This document shows positions 40,733 through 49,870 of a DNA stretch of 55,910 nt, piece after piece. The notes beneath the pieces are model-generated. The model saw nothing but the letters and a program-made list of their open reading frames with translations. It did not search any database and was not told where the DNA came from. The stretch is from assembly GCA_043803945.1 (NCBI GenBank), contig JAZDJN010000086.1:1-55910 (forward strand), read 5' to 3'. Source of the DNA: a bacterium. GTDB lineage: Bacteria; Bacteroidota; Ignavibacteria; UBA10030. How positions within the stretch are numbered: position 1 is the first letter of the stretch; every line of letters begins with the position of its first letter. The position numbers and the translations under genes are program-made.

Positions 40733-42967
40733 ATGGCACAAACAGCAGTGCAGGAGTTAACATACCAGGAACGAGTTGATCGCCTCCGTGCAACCAAGAT
40801 GGTTCATACAGAAGAGAAATGGCGCGAGCTTGGCTCGTTCGACATGGATGACCTTCCCATTATGCTCCCGCCGCCTGAATCGAGGAAAGTAGTTCGTGTT
40901 GTGAGCGGTTCAGGGCTTATGATGGTAGACGCACTCTTCAAGGATTTTATTCCCAGGAGCAACCACCCGAGCGGAGGAATCTTCGGCGCTAGAGCTTGCG
41001 GTGAGAATTTCCGGGCTTTGCTCGAGATGCACCCTCCTTATATCGATCCCATGAGCTCGCTTGCGGGTGGCTACATGGTTCATTTTCTCGCATACCGCCA
41101 ACCGGCATGGAATCCTGACTTTGACTATTCTCATCTGCACGCAGACCATCAACGATATAAACTTCATCCCGGCATAGGTGCTGTTCAACATTTTTGTCAG
41201 GATGAAGCCATCGGCCTTTCCCTGGGTTGGGGTGGCATTCTCCAAAAGATTCAACATTACCGAACAGTGAATACCGATGAGGAGGCACAGGAACTGTACG
41301 ATGGTCTGGAGCATGTCGTACGGGGATTCCAAAACTGGATCGGGCATAATGCGAAGGCTGCCCGCGAAATGGCAACGCATGAAGAACATCCACAACTTCG
41401 TCAAAATCTTCTGGAGATGGCCGAGATCAATGAGAAGTTAGTGACTCAATCCCCGCAAACATTTCGAGAAGCATGTCAATGGATGTTGTGGTATCAGCTT
41501 GGTGGCAAGATGTACAACATGGGTGGATCGCTTGGACGGATCGATCAATTCCTCTTCCCCTTTTATGAGTGTGATAAGAAGAATGGTATCCTCACTGATG
41601 AAGAGACGATCTTCCACCTGTGTTGCCACTTTATAATGGATACAAGTTATTGTCAACTCGGTGGACCGGATGCCTTAGGCTGTGATACAACGAATGCTCT
41701 TTCCTATCTTGTGTTAGAAGCTATCCATCGATTGAAAGTGCCGGTGAATGTGGGCGTCAGTGTGGGAAACAATGTCGATCCGAATCTTCTGAGACGCGGC
41801 GTAGAAATTCTTTTTGAAGATAAGACCGGCATTCCCAAGTTCCTCGGAGTCGATCGGACGAGCGAAGGATTTGCCAGGAACGGTTATCCGATTGAACTCG
41901 GACGACAACGTGCATACTCTGGATGTCATTGGTGTGCAATCCCAGGTAGAGAGTATACGGTAAACGATTGTGTGAAAATCAATCTACCGAAGATTTTTGA
42001 AGTTGCATTCGAAGACCTGTTAGCCGACTCGACATGCAAACCAAGCGTTGCAGAATTATGGCGGCGGTACGAACAGCATCTCCGGCGTGCCGTGGAAGTG
42101 ATTGGGCAAAGCCTGGATTTTCACATCGATCATATGTATCAGGTATACCCTGAACTCCATCTCGACCTTCTCTGTTATGGCCCAATTGAAAAGGGGCGTG
42201 ATGCATCGCATGGCGGCGTGGAGTACTACAATCTCTGCGTTGACGGTGCAGGCCTTGCGACAATAGCGGATTCTTTTGCTGCTGTCGAGCAGCGCATCGA
42301 ACGCGAGAACAAACTCACCTGGGACGCGCTCAATCACCTTCTCACGACAGATTGGGCTGGAGAACATGGAGAGCAAGCCAGATTAATGATGAAAAGCATA
42401 CCTCGTTATGGAAGCGGCGGTTCGCGCGCGGATCATTGGGGCATTACTGTTTCAAAGACCTTTACCTCATTGGTAAAAGAGAAACCGACTCCCAAAGGAT
42501 TCAATATGATCCCCGGCATTTTCTCATGGGCTGCCAATGTTGCGATGGGGAAAGATGTGGGCCCGACACCGAACGGCCGGCATGCGAAGAGCCCCATTTC
42601 GCATGGACCGAATCCCGATCCCGGTTTTCGTAAAGATGCAGCTCCTACAGCTTTGGCATTGATCGTTGCCGCTGTCCAATCCGGTTTTGGAAATACGGCG
42701 CCGATGCAAATTGAACTTGACCCCGGCCTTTCGAGGAATAAGGAAGACATCGATAAGGTGATCGCCCTGATCAGGACACATTTTGATCTTGGCGGAACGC
42801 AGATCAATATGAACATTCTGAACAAGAAAAAGATTCTGGAAGCACAGAAAGATCCAGGCACACATCCGGATTTGGTTGTACGCGTCACCGGCTTCAGTGC
42901 CTATTTTGCCAGCCTCTCTCCTGAAATGCGGCAAGTGGTGGTGGATAGAATTATTAGTGAGGAGTGA
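40733..42967 (+). CDS. glycyl-radical enzyme (PFL superfamily), unknown reaction
   Basis: SLGRIDQ, YSGCHW Cys loop, TPNGR, LVVRVTGFSAYF Gly loop; follows its activase; ATG 40733. Confidence 0.92.
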   Translation: MAQTAVQELTYQERVDRLRATKMVHTEEKWRELGSFDMDDLPIMLPPPESRKVVRVVSGSGLMMVDALFKDFIPRSNHPSGGIFGARACGENFRALLEMHPPYIDPMSSLAGGYMVHFLAYRQPAWNPDFDYSHLHADHQRYKLHPGIGAVQHFCQDEAIGLSLGWGGILQKIQHYRTVNTDEEAQELYDGLEHVVRGFQNWIGHNAKAAREMATHEEHPQLRQNLLEMAEINEKLVTQSPQTFREACQWMLWYQLGGKMYNMGGSLGRIDQFLFPFYECDKKNGILTDEETIFHLCCHFIMDTSYCQLGGPDALGCDTTNALSYLVLEAIHRLKVPVNVGVSVGNNVDPNLLRRGVEILFEDKTGIPKFLGVDRTSEGFARNGYPIELGRQRAYSGCHWCAIPGREYTVNDCVKINLPKIFEVAFEDLLADSTCKPSVAELWRRYEQHLRRAVEVIGQSLDFHIDHMYQVYPELHLDLLCYGPIEKGRDASHGGVEYYNLCVDGAGLATIADSFAAVEQRIERENKLTWDALNHLLTTDWAGEHGEQARLMMKSIPRYGSGGSRADHWGITVSKTFTSLVKEKPTPKGFNMIPGIFSWAANVAMGKDVGPTPNGRHAKSPISHGPNPDPGFRKDAAPTALALIVAAVQSGFGNTAPMQIELDPGLSRNKEDIDKVIALIRTHFDLGGTQINMNILNKKKILEAQKDPGTHPDLVVRVTGFSAYFASLSPEMRQVVVDRIISEE

Positions 42968-43062
42968 TGGATTTCCCTTATTGGGAGTTCATCGAAGGGT
43001 TTGCCTGCAATTGACTTGAGGGATGGATCAGTATCATTCGAACAACAAGAGGATACAAGTCC

Positions 43063-44163
43063 ATGAGCACCTCATCACGACAACGATTCTTGTCTTACGT
43101 AAAGAATCCCGGTGCATCGTTGCCGGTGACCTCACCGTTTCTGCCTCATGCCGATGTGATCAAAGAGACTCTGATGTACTTGCATTTGCCCGTTATCGAT
43201 GATGCCGTGAAGAATGAAATCCGGCTTGCACAAGAACTTGCTTACCAGCCGATGTTCATGACCGATTGTTCCGGACTTATCTTCCATTGGCAGGTTGATG
43301 AATCTCGCTCAACACCAGAGAAGGCGTTTCGTGTTCTCTCCACGGCGAAAGGAGAGTGGACATGGAAATCGCCGCGAACGGAAATTCCCTGGAGTGACGA
43401 GGCTTGCTGCCCAGTGCGAACACTTCGCGACCACGAGCTGCTCATTGCCGTGTGTGAACAGGTTGCCGATCGTGAACAAGCGATTCGTGACTACTTCCGC
43501 AACTGGCGAAAGAATGTCGGAGAAGATGGTGTCATCGTATTGGGCCACCCGCATCCATCATGGCTTGGGTACCAGATTAATCCAACGAATATTATTTATC
43601 AATGGAATGACTGGCAGGAAGTTTTCATTCGAAGTATGGATGCTGTCTATGAAGCATCGTTATTGGTCATGTCAATTGCCGTGCAGGAAGGCATCGACTT
43701 CATGAGCGATTCCAGTTATGGCTTGGAGATGACTTCTCCCGAGCTTTTTGCATCGATGGATCTTCCGTATATCCGTAAGTTTGCAGACTGGACTCATCGT
43801 CATAATAGTTTATTCTGGTACCATAACTGCGGCTTCACTCATCAACTGATTAAGGATGGTGTCTTTAATACACTTGGGGCAGACGTGATCGAAACCATTG
43901 CGCCTCCGCCCGAAGGAGATAACGACCTGACAGAATCTCGAAGCTGCATCGATCGAAGCATTTGCACAAAAGGAAACCTCAACCTCCGTTTACTGCGGGA
44001 TGGAACAGCGGAGCAGATTCAATCAGAGGCCCGGAAGATGGTCGATGCCGTTCGCGGTTATGCGCATATTTATTCCACTGCCGATAGTGTGTTGCAGGGA
44101 ACGAAGCCAGAGAATTTTATCACATTTATACAAACGATTAATGACGCGCTTCAATCGTTATGA
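43063..44163 (+). CDS. uroporphyrinogen decarboxylase (UroD/MtaA-CmuA) superfamily protein
   Basis: SPELF..MDLPY, WYHNCG, PPPEGD, KGNL, T.PENF TIM-barrel pattern. Confidence 0.8.
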   Translation: MSTSSRQRFLSYVKNPGASLPVTSPFLPHADVIKETLMYLHLPVIDDAVKNEIRLAQELAYQPMFMTDCSGLIFHWQVDESRSTPEKAFRVLSTAKGEWTWKSPRTEIPWSDEACCPVRTLRDHELLIAVCEQVADREQAIRDYFRNWRKNVGEDGVIVLGHPHPSWLGYQINPTNIIYQWNDWQEVFIRSMDAVYEASLLVMSIAVQEGIDFMSDSSYGLEMTSPELFASMDLPYIRKFADWTHRHNSLFWYHNCGFTHQLIKDGVFNTLGADVIETIAPPPEGDNDLTESRSCIDRSICTKGNLNLRLLRDGTAEQIQSEARKMVDAVRGYAHIYSTADSVLQGTKPENFITFIQTINDALQSL

Positions 44164-44263
44164 GCATTCTCGGATCGGAATAAAAATAATGAGTGTTCCA
44201 TAAAGTCTCCAATCTCTGTCTGACTGAGACGATAACGTTGAACTCTTCAAAGAAGAACATCCT

Positions 44264-45547
44264 ATGAGAAAAATTCTCCTGTTTGCATTTCTCCTTTCAC
44301 TCTTGATTATCTCCTGTGGCAAAAAGAGCAGTGGTATTGAGCTCCAGGACTGGAATTTCGGGGGCCGGCCCAGGCTCATAGAGTGGCTTCGTGAACGAGT
44401 AACCTTGTTTGAAAAAACACACCCTGGAATTGCCGTGGCACAAAGCAACAAGAGCTGGAATATGATCAGGGAAATTCTCTTTGCTGAATTCAGTGCGGGG
44501 TCGGGTCCCGATGTGGTGAACACACATGCTAACTATTCTTCCGAGTTTGGCGAAGCGGGATATTACTACCCTGTCAACAAGTTTCCCGATTTCAAAGAAG
44601 TGCGGCAGTGGTATGTTCCGGAACTTCTGGAATCGACCCGGTACAAAGACAACTACTACGGGCTGCCCTCATCTGCAATCGCTTTTGTCCTTGTTTGTAA
44701 CAAAGAACTTTTTGATAAGGAAGGAATCGCCCCTCCGAAAACATGGTCTCAGTTCAGAGAGGCGGCAAAGCGGCTGACGAAAGACGCCGACCACGACGGA
44801 ACCGTGGATCAATACGGCCTCATACTGATGGGGGGTGATAAAGGAGGATTTGCTTATCGGACCATCCCCTTCTTTTTTAAGGCCGGCGCTGATGTGATGA
44901 CGGACGATCTGACAAAAATTGTGTTCAACTCGCCGCGGGGTATCGCTGCATTAAAACTTTTCGTCGATATGTATCAGGTTGACCACTCCATTTCTCCTGG
45001 GTTCCTTGCCTACACCCATACCGAGATCAATGATCTCTTCAGCAACAATAAAGTCGCTATGAGTATTGAAGGGCCATGGTTCCGGGGAATGGTTGGTGAT
45101 AAGAACGCTGGAAAAGATATGTATGTCGTACCGGTCCCCGTACCGGATGATAGACTCGATCAATATGATACGGCTCCAACGCTGCAGGATATCGTGATGT
45201 ATTCTATCAATGCCCGCTCGAAACATCTGAACGAAGCGTGGGAGTTACTGAAATTTTTACGCAACGAAGAAGCCGATATGGCCTGGATACGGGAAGACCT
45301 AGGGGCAACTGCCACAACGATCAAAGCGTTAAATAGTCCCGAAGCAAAAAACGTGAAAGACTTACCCGTGTACATCAACGAACTCAAGCATGCCCGTCCC
45401 TGGCCCTCGCATCCCGATATGATAGCCATTGCGAGTAATATCTTTACACCGTACTGTCAAAAAGCGATTGTGGGAGAATTATCTCCGAAGGCTGCGCTCG
45501 ACCAGGCGGCAAAAGAATCTCAGGATCTCATCGAAGGAAAGAAATGA
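44264..45547 (+). CDS. carbohydrate ABC transporter substrate-binding lipoprotein
   Basis: Lipobox LIISC; GPDV, YGLP, NKELF..G..PPKTW, KVAMSIEGPW. Confidence 0.92.
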   Translation: MRKILLFAFLLSLLIISCGKKSSGIELQDWNFGGRPRLIEWLRERVTLFEKTHPGIAVAQSNKSWNMIREILFAEFSAGSGPDVVNTHANYSSEFGEAGYYYPVNKFPDFKEVRQWYVPELLESTRYKDNYYGLPSSAIAFVLVCNKELFDKEGIAPPKTWSQFREAAKRLTKDADHDGTVDQYGLILMGGDKGGFAYRTIPFFFKAGADVMTDDLTKIVFNSPRGIAALKLFVDMYQVDHSISPGFLAYTHTEINDLFSNNKVAMSIEGPWFRGMVGDKNAGKDMYVVPVPVPDDRLDQYDTAPTLQDIVMYSINARSKHLNEAWELLKFLRNEEADMAWIREDLGATATTIKALNSPEAKNVKDLPVYINELKHARPWPSHPDMIAIASNIFTPYCQKAIVGELSPKAALDQAAKESQDLIEGKK

Positions 45548-46413
45548 AAAAAATCTTTCCTTACCTCCTTCTGCTGCCGGCACTGCTTTTTACAGCTCTG
45601 GTTCTTGTCTATCCATTGGTGCAGAATCTGATCAATAGTTTCAGCGATGTGAGCATGATCAAAGGGAACAAAGGTTGGATCGGGCTCCTCAACTATGTAC
45701 ACGTCTTCGAAGATAATCTCTTCTGGCTTGCATTCAAGAACACATCGCTCTATGCAATCGCAGGAACTCTGCTTGCGCTGCTCATTGGCCTGGGTTTCGC
45801 CCTTCTCCTTCATATAAAAACCAGCACGTTTAACACCGTTGCCGGTTTTCTTTATACTATTCCCTGGGTGGTTTCCCCCGTTGTTGCCGGCTTTGCATGG
45901 AAGTGGCTCCTCAACGATCACTTCGGTATTCTCAATCACTGGTTAGCAGGTGCAGGCCTCATCAGAGCCGGTACTCCATGGCTGGGAGATCCGCAAACCG
46001 CACTGTGGTGCGTGATGGTCGCAAGGATATGGCAGTTTTATCCCTTCGCCATGGTGATGTTTTTAGCGGCTCTTCACACTATTCCACTGGAACAATACGA
46101 AGCGGCTGCCGTCGATGGTGCCTCGATGCTCAGGAAGTTTTATCATATCACACTGCCGAATTTAAAATCGGTCTCCTCGGTCCTTTTAGTCTTAGGAGTG
46201 ATTTGGAGCTTCAACGATTTTAACATGATTTTTGTGATGACCCGCGGCGGACCGATGAACGCTTCGATGGTGCTGTCAGTGTTGGTAAGAGAATTCTCCT
46301 TCGTGCATTTCGATCTTGGAAAAGGTTCTGCACTTTCCATCCTTGTCTTCTTGCTGCTCATCTCCCTCTCCTCTCTCTACCTGAAGGTTTTATCTAGGAG
46401 GGAGTCTGTATGA
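45544..46413 (+). CDS. carbohydrate ABC transporter permease (MalF-like)
   Basis: GLLNY, YEAAAVDGA EAA loop, MTRGGP. Confidence 0.95.
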   Translation: MKKIFPYLLLLPALLFTALVLVYPLVQNLINSFSDVSMIKGNKGWIGLLNYVHVFEDNLFWLAFKNTSLYAIAGTLLALLIGLGFALLLHIKTSTFNTVAGFLYTIPWVVSPVVAGFAWKWLLNDHFGILNHWLAGAGLIRAGTPWLGDPQTALWCVMVARIWQFYPFAMVMFLAALHTIPLEQYEAAAVDGASMLRKFYHITLPNLKSVSSVLLVLGVIWSFNDFNMIFVMTRGGPMNASMVLSVLVREFSFVHFDLGKGSALSILVFLLLISLSSLYLKVLSRRESV

Positions 46414-47222
46414 AACGAGCCATGGTGGTTTGTGTAATGCTCCTGATCGCCTTTATTGTACTTCTTCCTATTCTCTGGATATTCTCCACTTCATTAAAAC
46501 CTCTGTCTGAAGTAACGAAATCGCCTCCGGAGTGGTTCAATCCTCATATGAGTCTGAAGCCGTACAGCGATATGTTTTTCTACCTTCCATTTTCAACATA
46601 CGCGTTGAACAGCTTTATTGTCGCTTCCGTATCGACCCTTCTGACACTCATTATCGGAAGCCTTGCGGCATTTGCTTTCTCCCGCTGTTACTTCAAAGGA
46701 AAAAATGCATTTCTGCTCATCTTTCTTCTTTCTCAGATGCTGCCGGGAGCTTCGGTCATTGTCCCATTATTCCAATTGCTACAGAAAGTTGGATTCTACG
46801 ATTCACATCTGGGACTCATTCTCATTCACACAGCCGTTCTTCTCCCTTTTGTGATTTGGCTGCTCTATGGATTTTTCAAGGAGATACCAAGAGAGGTGGA
46901 AGATGCAGCGTTGATTGATGGATGTTCAAGGATGGAAGCTCTCTGGAAAGTAATCCTTCCTCTTGCATTGCCAGGCATGGGTGCCACGGCGCTCTTTGCA
47001 TTTCTTGGTTCGTGGAATGAGTTTTTCTTCGCGTTGATCCTCACCAGCTCCGATGCAACGAGAACCATTCCGGTCGGTATAGGATTGTTTGTTGGAGAGT
47101 ATCAGGATGTTTGGAATCAAATGTCGGCAGCGGCAGTCCTTTTCAGTCTTCCTCCCTTGATCTTGTTTATGATCATGCGCAGAACCTTTGTGAAAGGATT
47201 GTCGGCCGGTGCACTACATTGA
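46410..47222 (+). CDS. carbohydrate ABC transporter permease (MalG-like)
   Basis: TSLK, EDAALIDGC EAA loop, WNEFF, FVKGLSAGA. Confidence 0.95.
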   Translation: MKRAMVVCVMLLIAFIVLLPILWIFSTSLKPLSEVTKSPPEWFNPHMSLKPYSDMFFYLPFSTYALNSFIVASVSTLLTLIIGSLAAFAFSRCYFKGKNAFLLIFLLSQMLPGASVIVPLFQLLQKVGFYDSHLGLILIHTAVLLPFVIWLLYGFFKEIPREVEDAALIDGCSRMEALWKVILPLALPGMGATALFAFLGSWNEFFFALILTSSDATRTIPVGIGLFVGEYQDVWNQMSAAAVLFSLPPLILFMIMRRTFVKGLSAGALH

Positions 47223-47565
47223 CCACCCTCCATCAAGCCGCTCCAGGGTTATAATAGGCAAGAATTGATTGCGCACACACGGTCAAGCATCCCATCGTAC
47301 TATCTTCTGATCAGCAAACAACGTCTTATAGACTGACAACTACAGCTTAACTTCGACCAATTCTTCTTTGACTACCTGGGCTTCCTTCATGCACCATGCC
47401 AGAAAGGTAAGGCGCGTGACTTCGGTCTTAGAGAGGTCATAGGGAAAGGAGGCTGAGAAATTCTTCTGATATCTTTGAGGGGGGTGGTGAAGACAATTTC
47501 AAGGTTAGAGAATAAGGAAAACCATTCAGACTCAGCAGCAATTGACCCGCCGATAGTGGAAAGAT

Positions 47566-49018
47566 CTACCGGAGATAGATCACCCGCCTCGTCTGCTTGT
47601 TTTGGTTATAGGATAGAACAATAAAATACGAGGAAGATGGAACGTCAGACGGCTGCCATGACAAACGATGGATTCCCACATCTTCGATTATTGAATCAAG
47701 CAGTGTGGTAACTTTCTTACCGAGAAGATTAAACACCTCGATCGTTACCCTTCCAGGTTCAAAGAGAGCAAAACTGAGATTGACTGAACCATTGAATGGA
47801 TTCGGGTAGGGCTCATGCAAATTAAATCCCCGGCTGATGGCTTCATAGTCTTCGGTGATACTGCGTTCAAATAGTCCGGTCGGTGCATTCGTTTCATAAT
47901 AGGGGTTTCCTAGTTCCGCCCATCGCCACGTCGAGAAGTCCGGCGCATGAATTACATTAATATCACAAGTCATGTGAAGTTTTCCATCTGCTCCATTCGG
48001 AAGTGTATTAGGTGTACCATTTTCCGTCACATACACAATACCCTGCCGTCCTGATGAATGTGCAACACCGACGTCCGGAAATCCTACCTCAACGATATAA
48101 TAACTATCGATGTAATGCTGCGCAAAATACGAATAGAACACTCCGGTCACCACATTTAATTTCCCATGATCTTTTAAGGAAAGAAGAATATCCATAGAGC
48201 TAACCACTCCTGGCACAAACGGTTTTGAATAGGGAGATTGATAGCCCGATGAACGCATATTGTGTGCCGTTACCGGAACATTGGTAAACGTGCGGCTTAC
48301 CGTGACTCTTCCAGAGTTCGACGGTTTGAATACTATTTCTGGCAGCCACAGCCAGAATGACATCGAACATCGAAAAGTATCCTTGAGCAAAGATATCTGG
48401 GCGTGCTGAAATAATCTTGTACTCTGAAGGAGTAAACACGATACCTGAGGATGGCAGGCCAGGCATCTCGACCTTCGAACCAGGAATCGGTAACGCTTGC
48501 GACCTACCACTGAGAACGCCGCTCGAAATGAGGTGTGTCAGGGATTGTGTTGCAGGAAAATGATAGCAGTGGGTGCATTCATTATCCGAAGGAATACTTG
48601 TATGATACTTTGGAAATACCGCTGTGCGTGTAGAGGATGTATTTCCTCCAGCACTATGGCAAGTATTACAGCCGGATTGATGAGGAATAGCATGCCACGT
48701 ACGGCTCGTAGCAGAGCCAATGGTTATTCGATAGACACCATCATCGATAAGTGAGGCGGCAATGTTGCCGTTGTTATCGGATCTATCAAGAACGGACAAC
48801 ATCCCGTTTGGCGATAGAAGCGAGACTGCAACTCCAGATTGTATAGTTCTTCCTGTACTGTCAGAATAAATTGTACCGCCAATTTTCAGGTGTGGATGGC
48901 ATTGAAGACAGTTGGCGCCGGGATTATGCGGAGATCGAGATGGTGTTGGACTGCCTGAACCAACCATTAAGAACAGCATGACACTACTGCTTATTAGCAA
49001 AAGACAACATTTTGACAT
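47566..49018 (-). pseudogene. frameshifted secreted multiheme c-type protein with T9SS-type CTD
   Basis: 5' frame: signal peptide, CLQCH, CNTCH, CTHCYH, RPDIFAQGYFSMFDVI; frame changes near 48330; 3' frame ends PYPNPFN..TRRVIYLR. Confidence 0.7.
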
Positions 49019-49125
49019 GAATGATCGAACATTCAAATCATTCACTTGGAAAGGATTATTACAGTGCCGTAACTCATTATTAAATCCCGCACACGGTGTA
49101 TGAACATGCAAAGCCTACTGAAAAA

Positions 49126-49746
49126 TTATCCCTCGCTCGGGTGATCCGTGCTTCCAGGCTTTGTCCCGGGTTTATCTGGATCAGCTTGATGTATTTCACT
49201 GTTCAGGAGTTCATCGGCAGTGATTCTGCATTGCAGAATACCCTGAGAGGCATCAAGAGCGTTCTTCCATTGCAGCGGTTGAAGATTCGATGGGTGGTCA
49301 GTACCGTTCAGCTCGATATGCTCAATGACCCACCCGTAGAGAGATTCACGATCACCGTACAGCGATCTCCGTATCCATGCCCCACACTTATCTTTCCTCC
49401 AGACAGTGGAATCATTATCTGGATCAATTAAGGCCTTCTCCCAAACTTTTTGAATAACTGTATTGTTGTACAGTTCATCTGCAGTAATCCTGCATTGGAG
49501 AACACCGACGGTGGCATCGACAGAGTTGTTCCATTGAATTGGCTGGAGGTTCGATGGATCCTCTGAGCCATTCACATCAATATACTCTATTACCCAGCCA
49601 TAAGATGAGAGATGATCACCGTATAATGATCTCTTGATCCAGGCCCCGCATCTATCTTTTCTCCAGATCGCTCGATCATTCGTAGGATCAATTGCTGCCT
49701 TTTCCCATACTTGCTGAATTATTGCGTCATTGAGAACCATGGTCAC
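49126..49746 (-). CDS. tandem-duplicated HNH-like domain protein
   Basis: Two 88-aa units VWEKA..WRKD.CGAWI.R..YG...YGWVIE(Y/H)I..G.D.PSNLQP.QW.N. Confidence 0.75.
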   Translation of the reverse strand: MTMVLNDAIIQQVWEKAAIDPTNDRAIWRKDRCGAWIKRSLYGDHLSSYGWVIEYIDVNGSEDPSNLQPIQWNNSVDATVGVLQCRITADELYNNTVIQKVWEKALIDPDNDSTVWRKDKCGAWIRRSLYGDRESLYGWVIEHIELNGTDHPSNLQPLQWKNALDASQGILQCRITADELLNSEIHQADPDKPGTKPGSTDHPSEG

Positions 49747-49870
49747 CTCAAATAGAGAGTATTGATGGGAAATTCTTTTTGAAGCTCAACTCCAAAGTAT
49801 ACTATGCTCCAGAATAAAAGTGTCTGCATTCGCAGGCCCTTTGCTTATACTTCTTAAAATCTGCACTTCG

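Noticed and set aside
40733-42967. Calling the GRE pflB or cutC
   Set aside because: It lacks the PFL CC pair and the GCVE loop, so no specific symbol is justified
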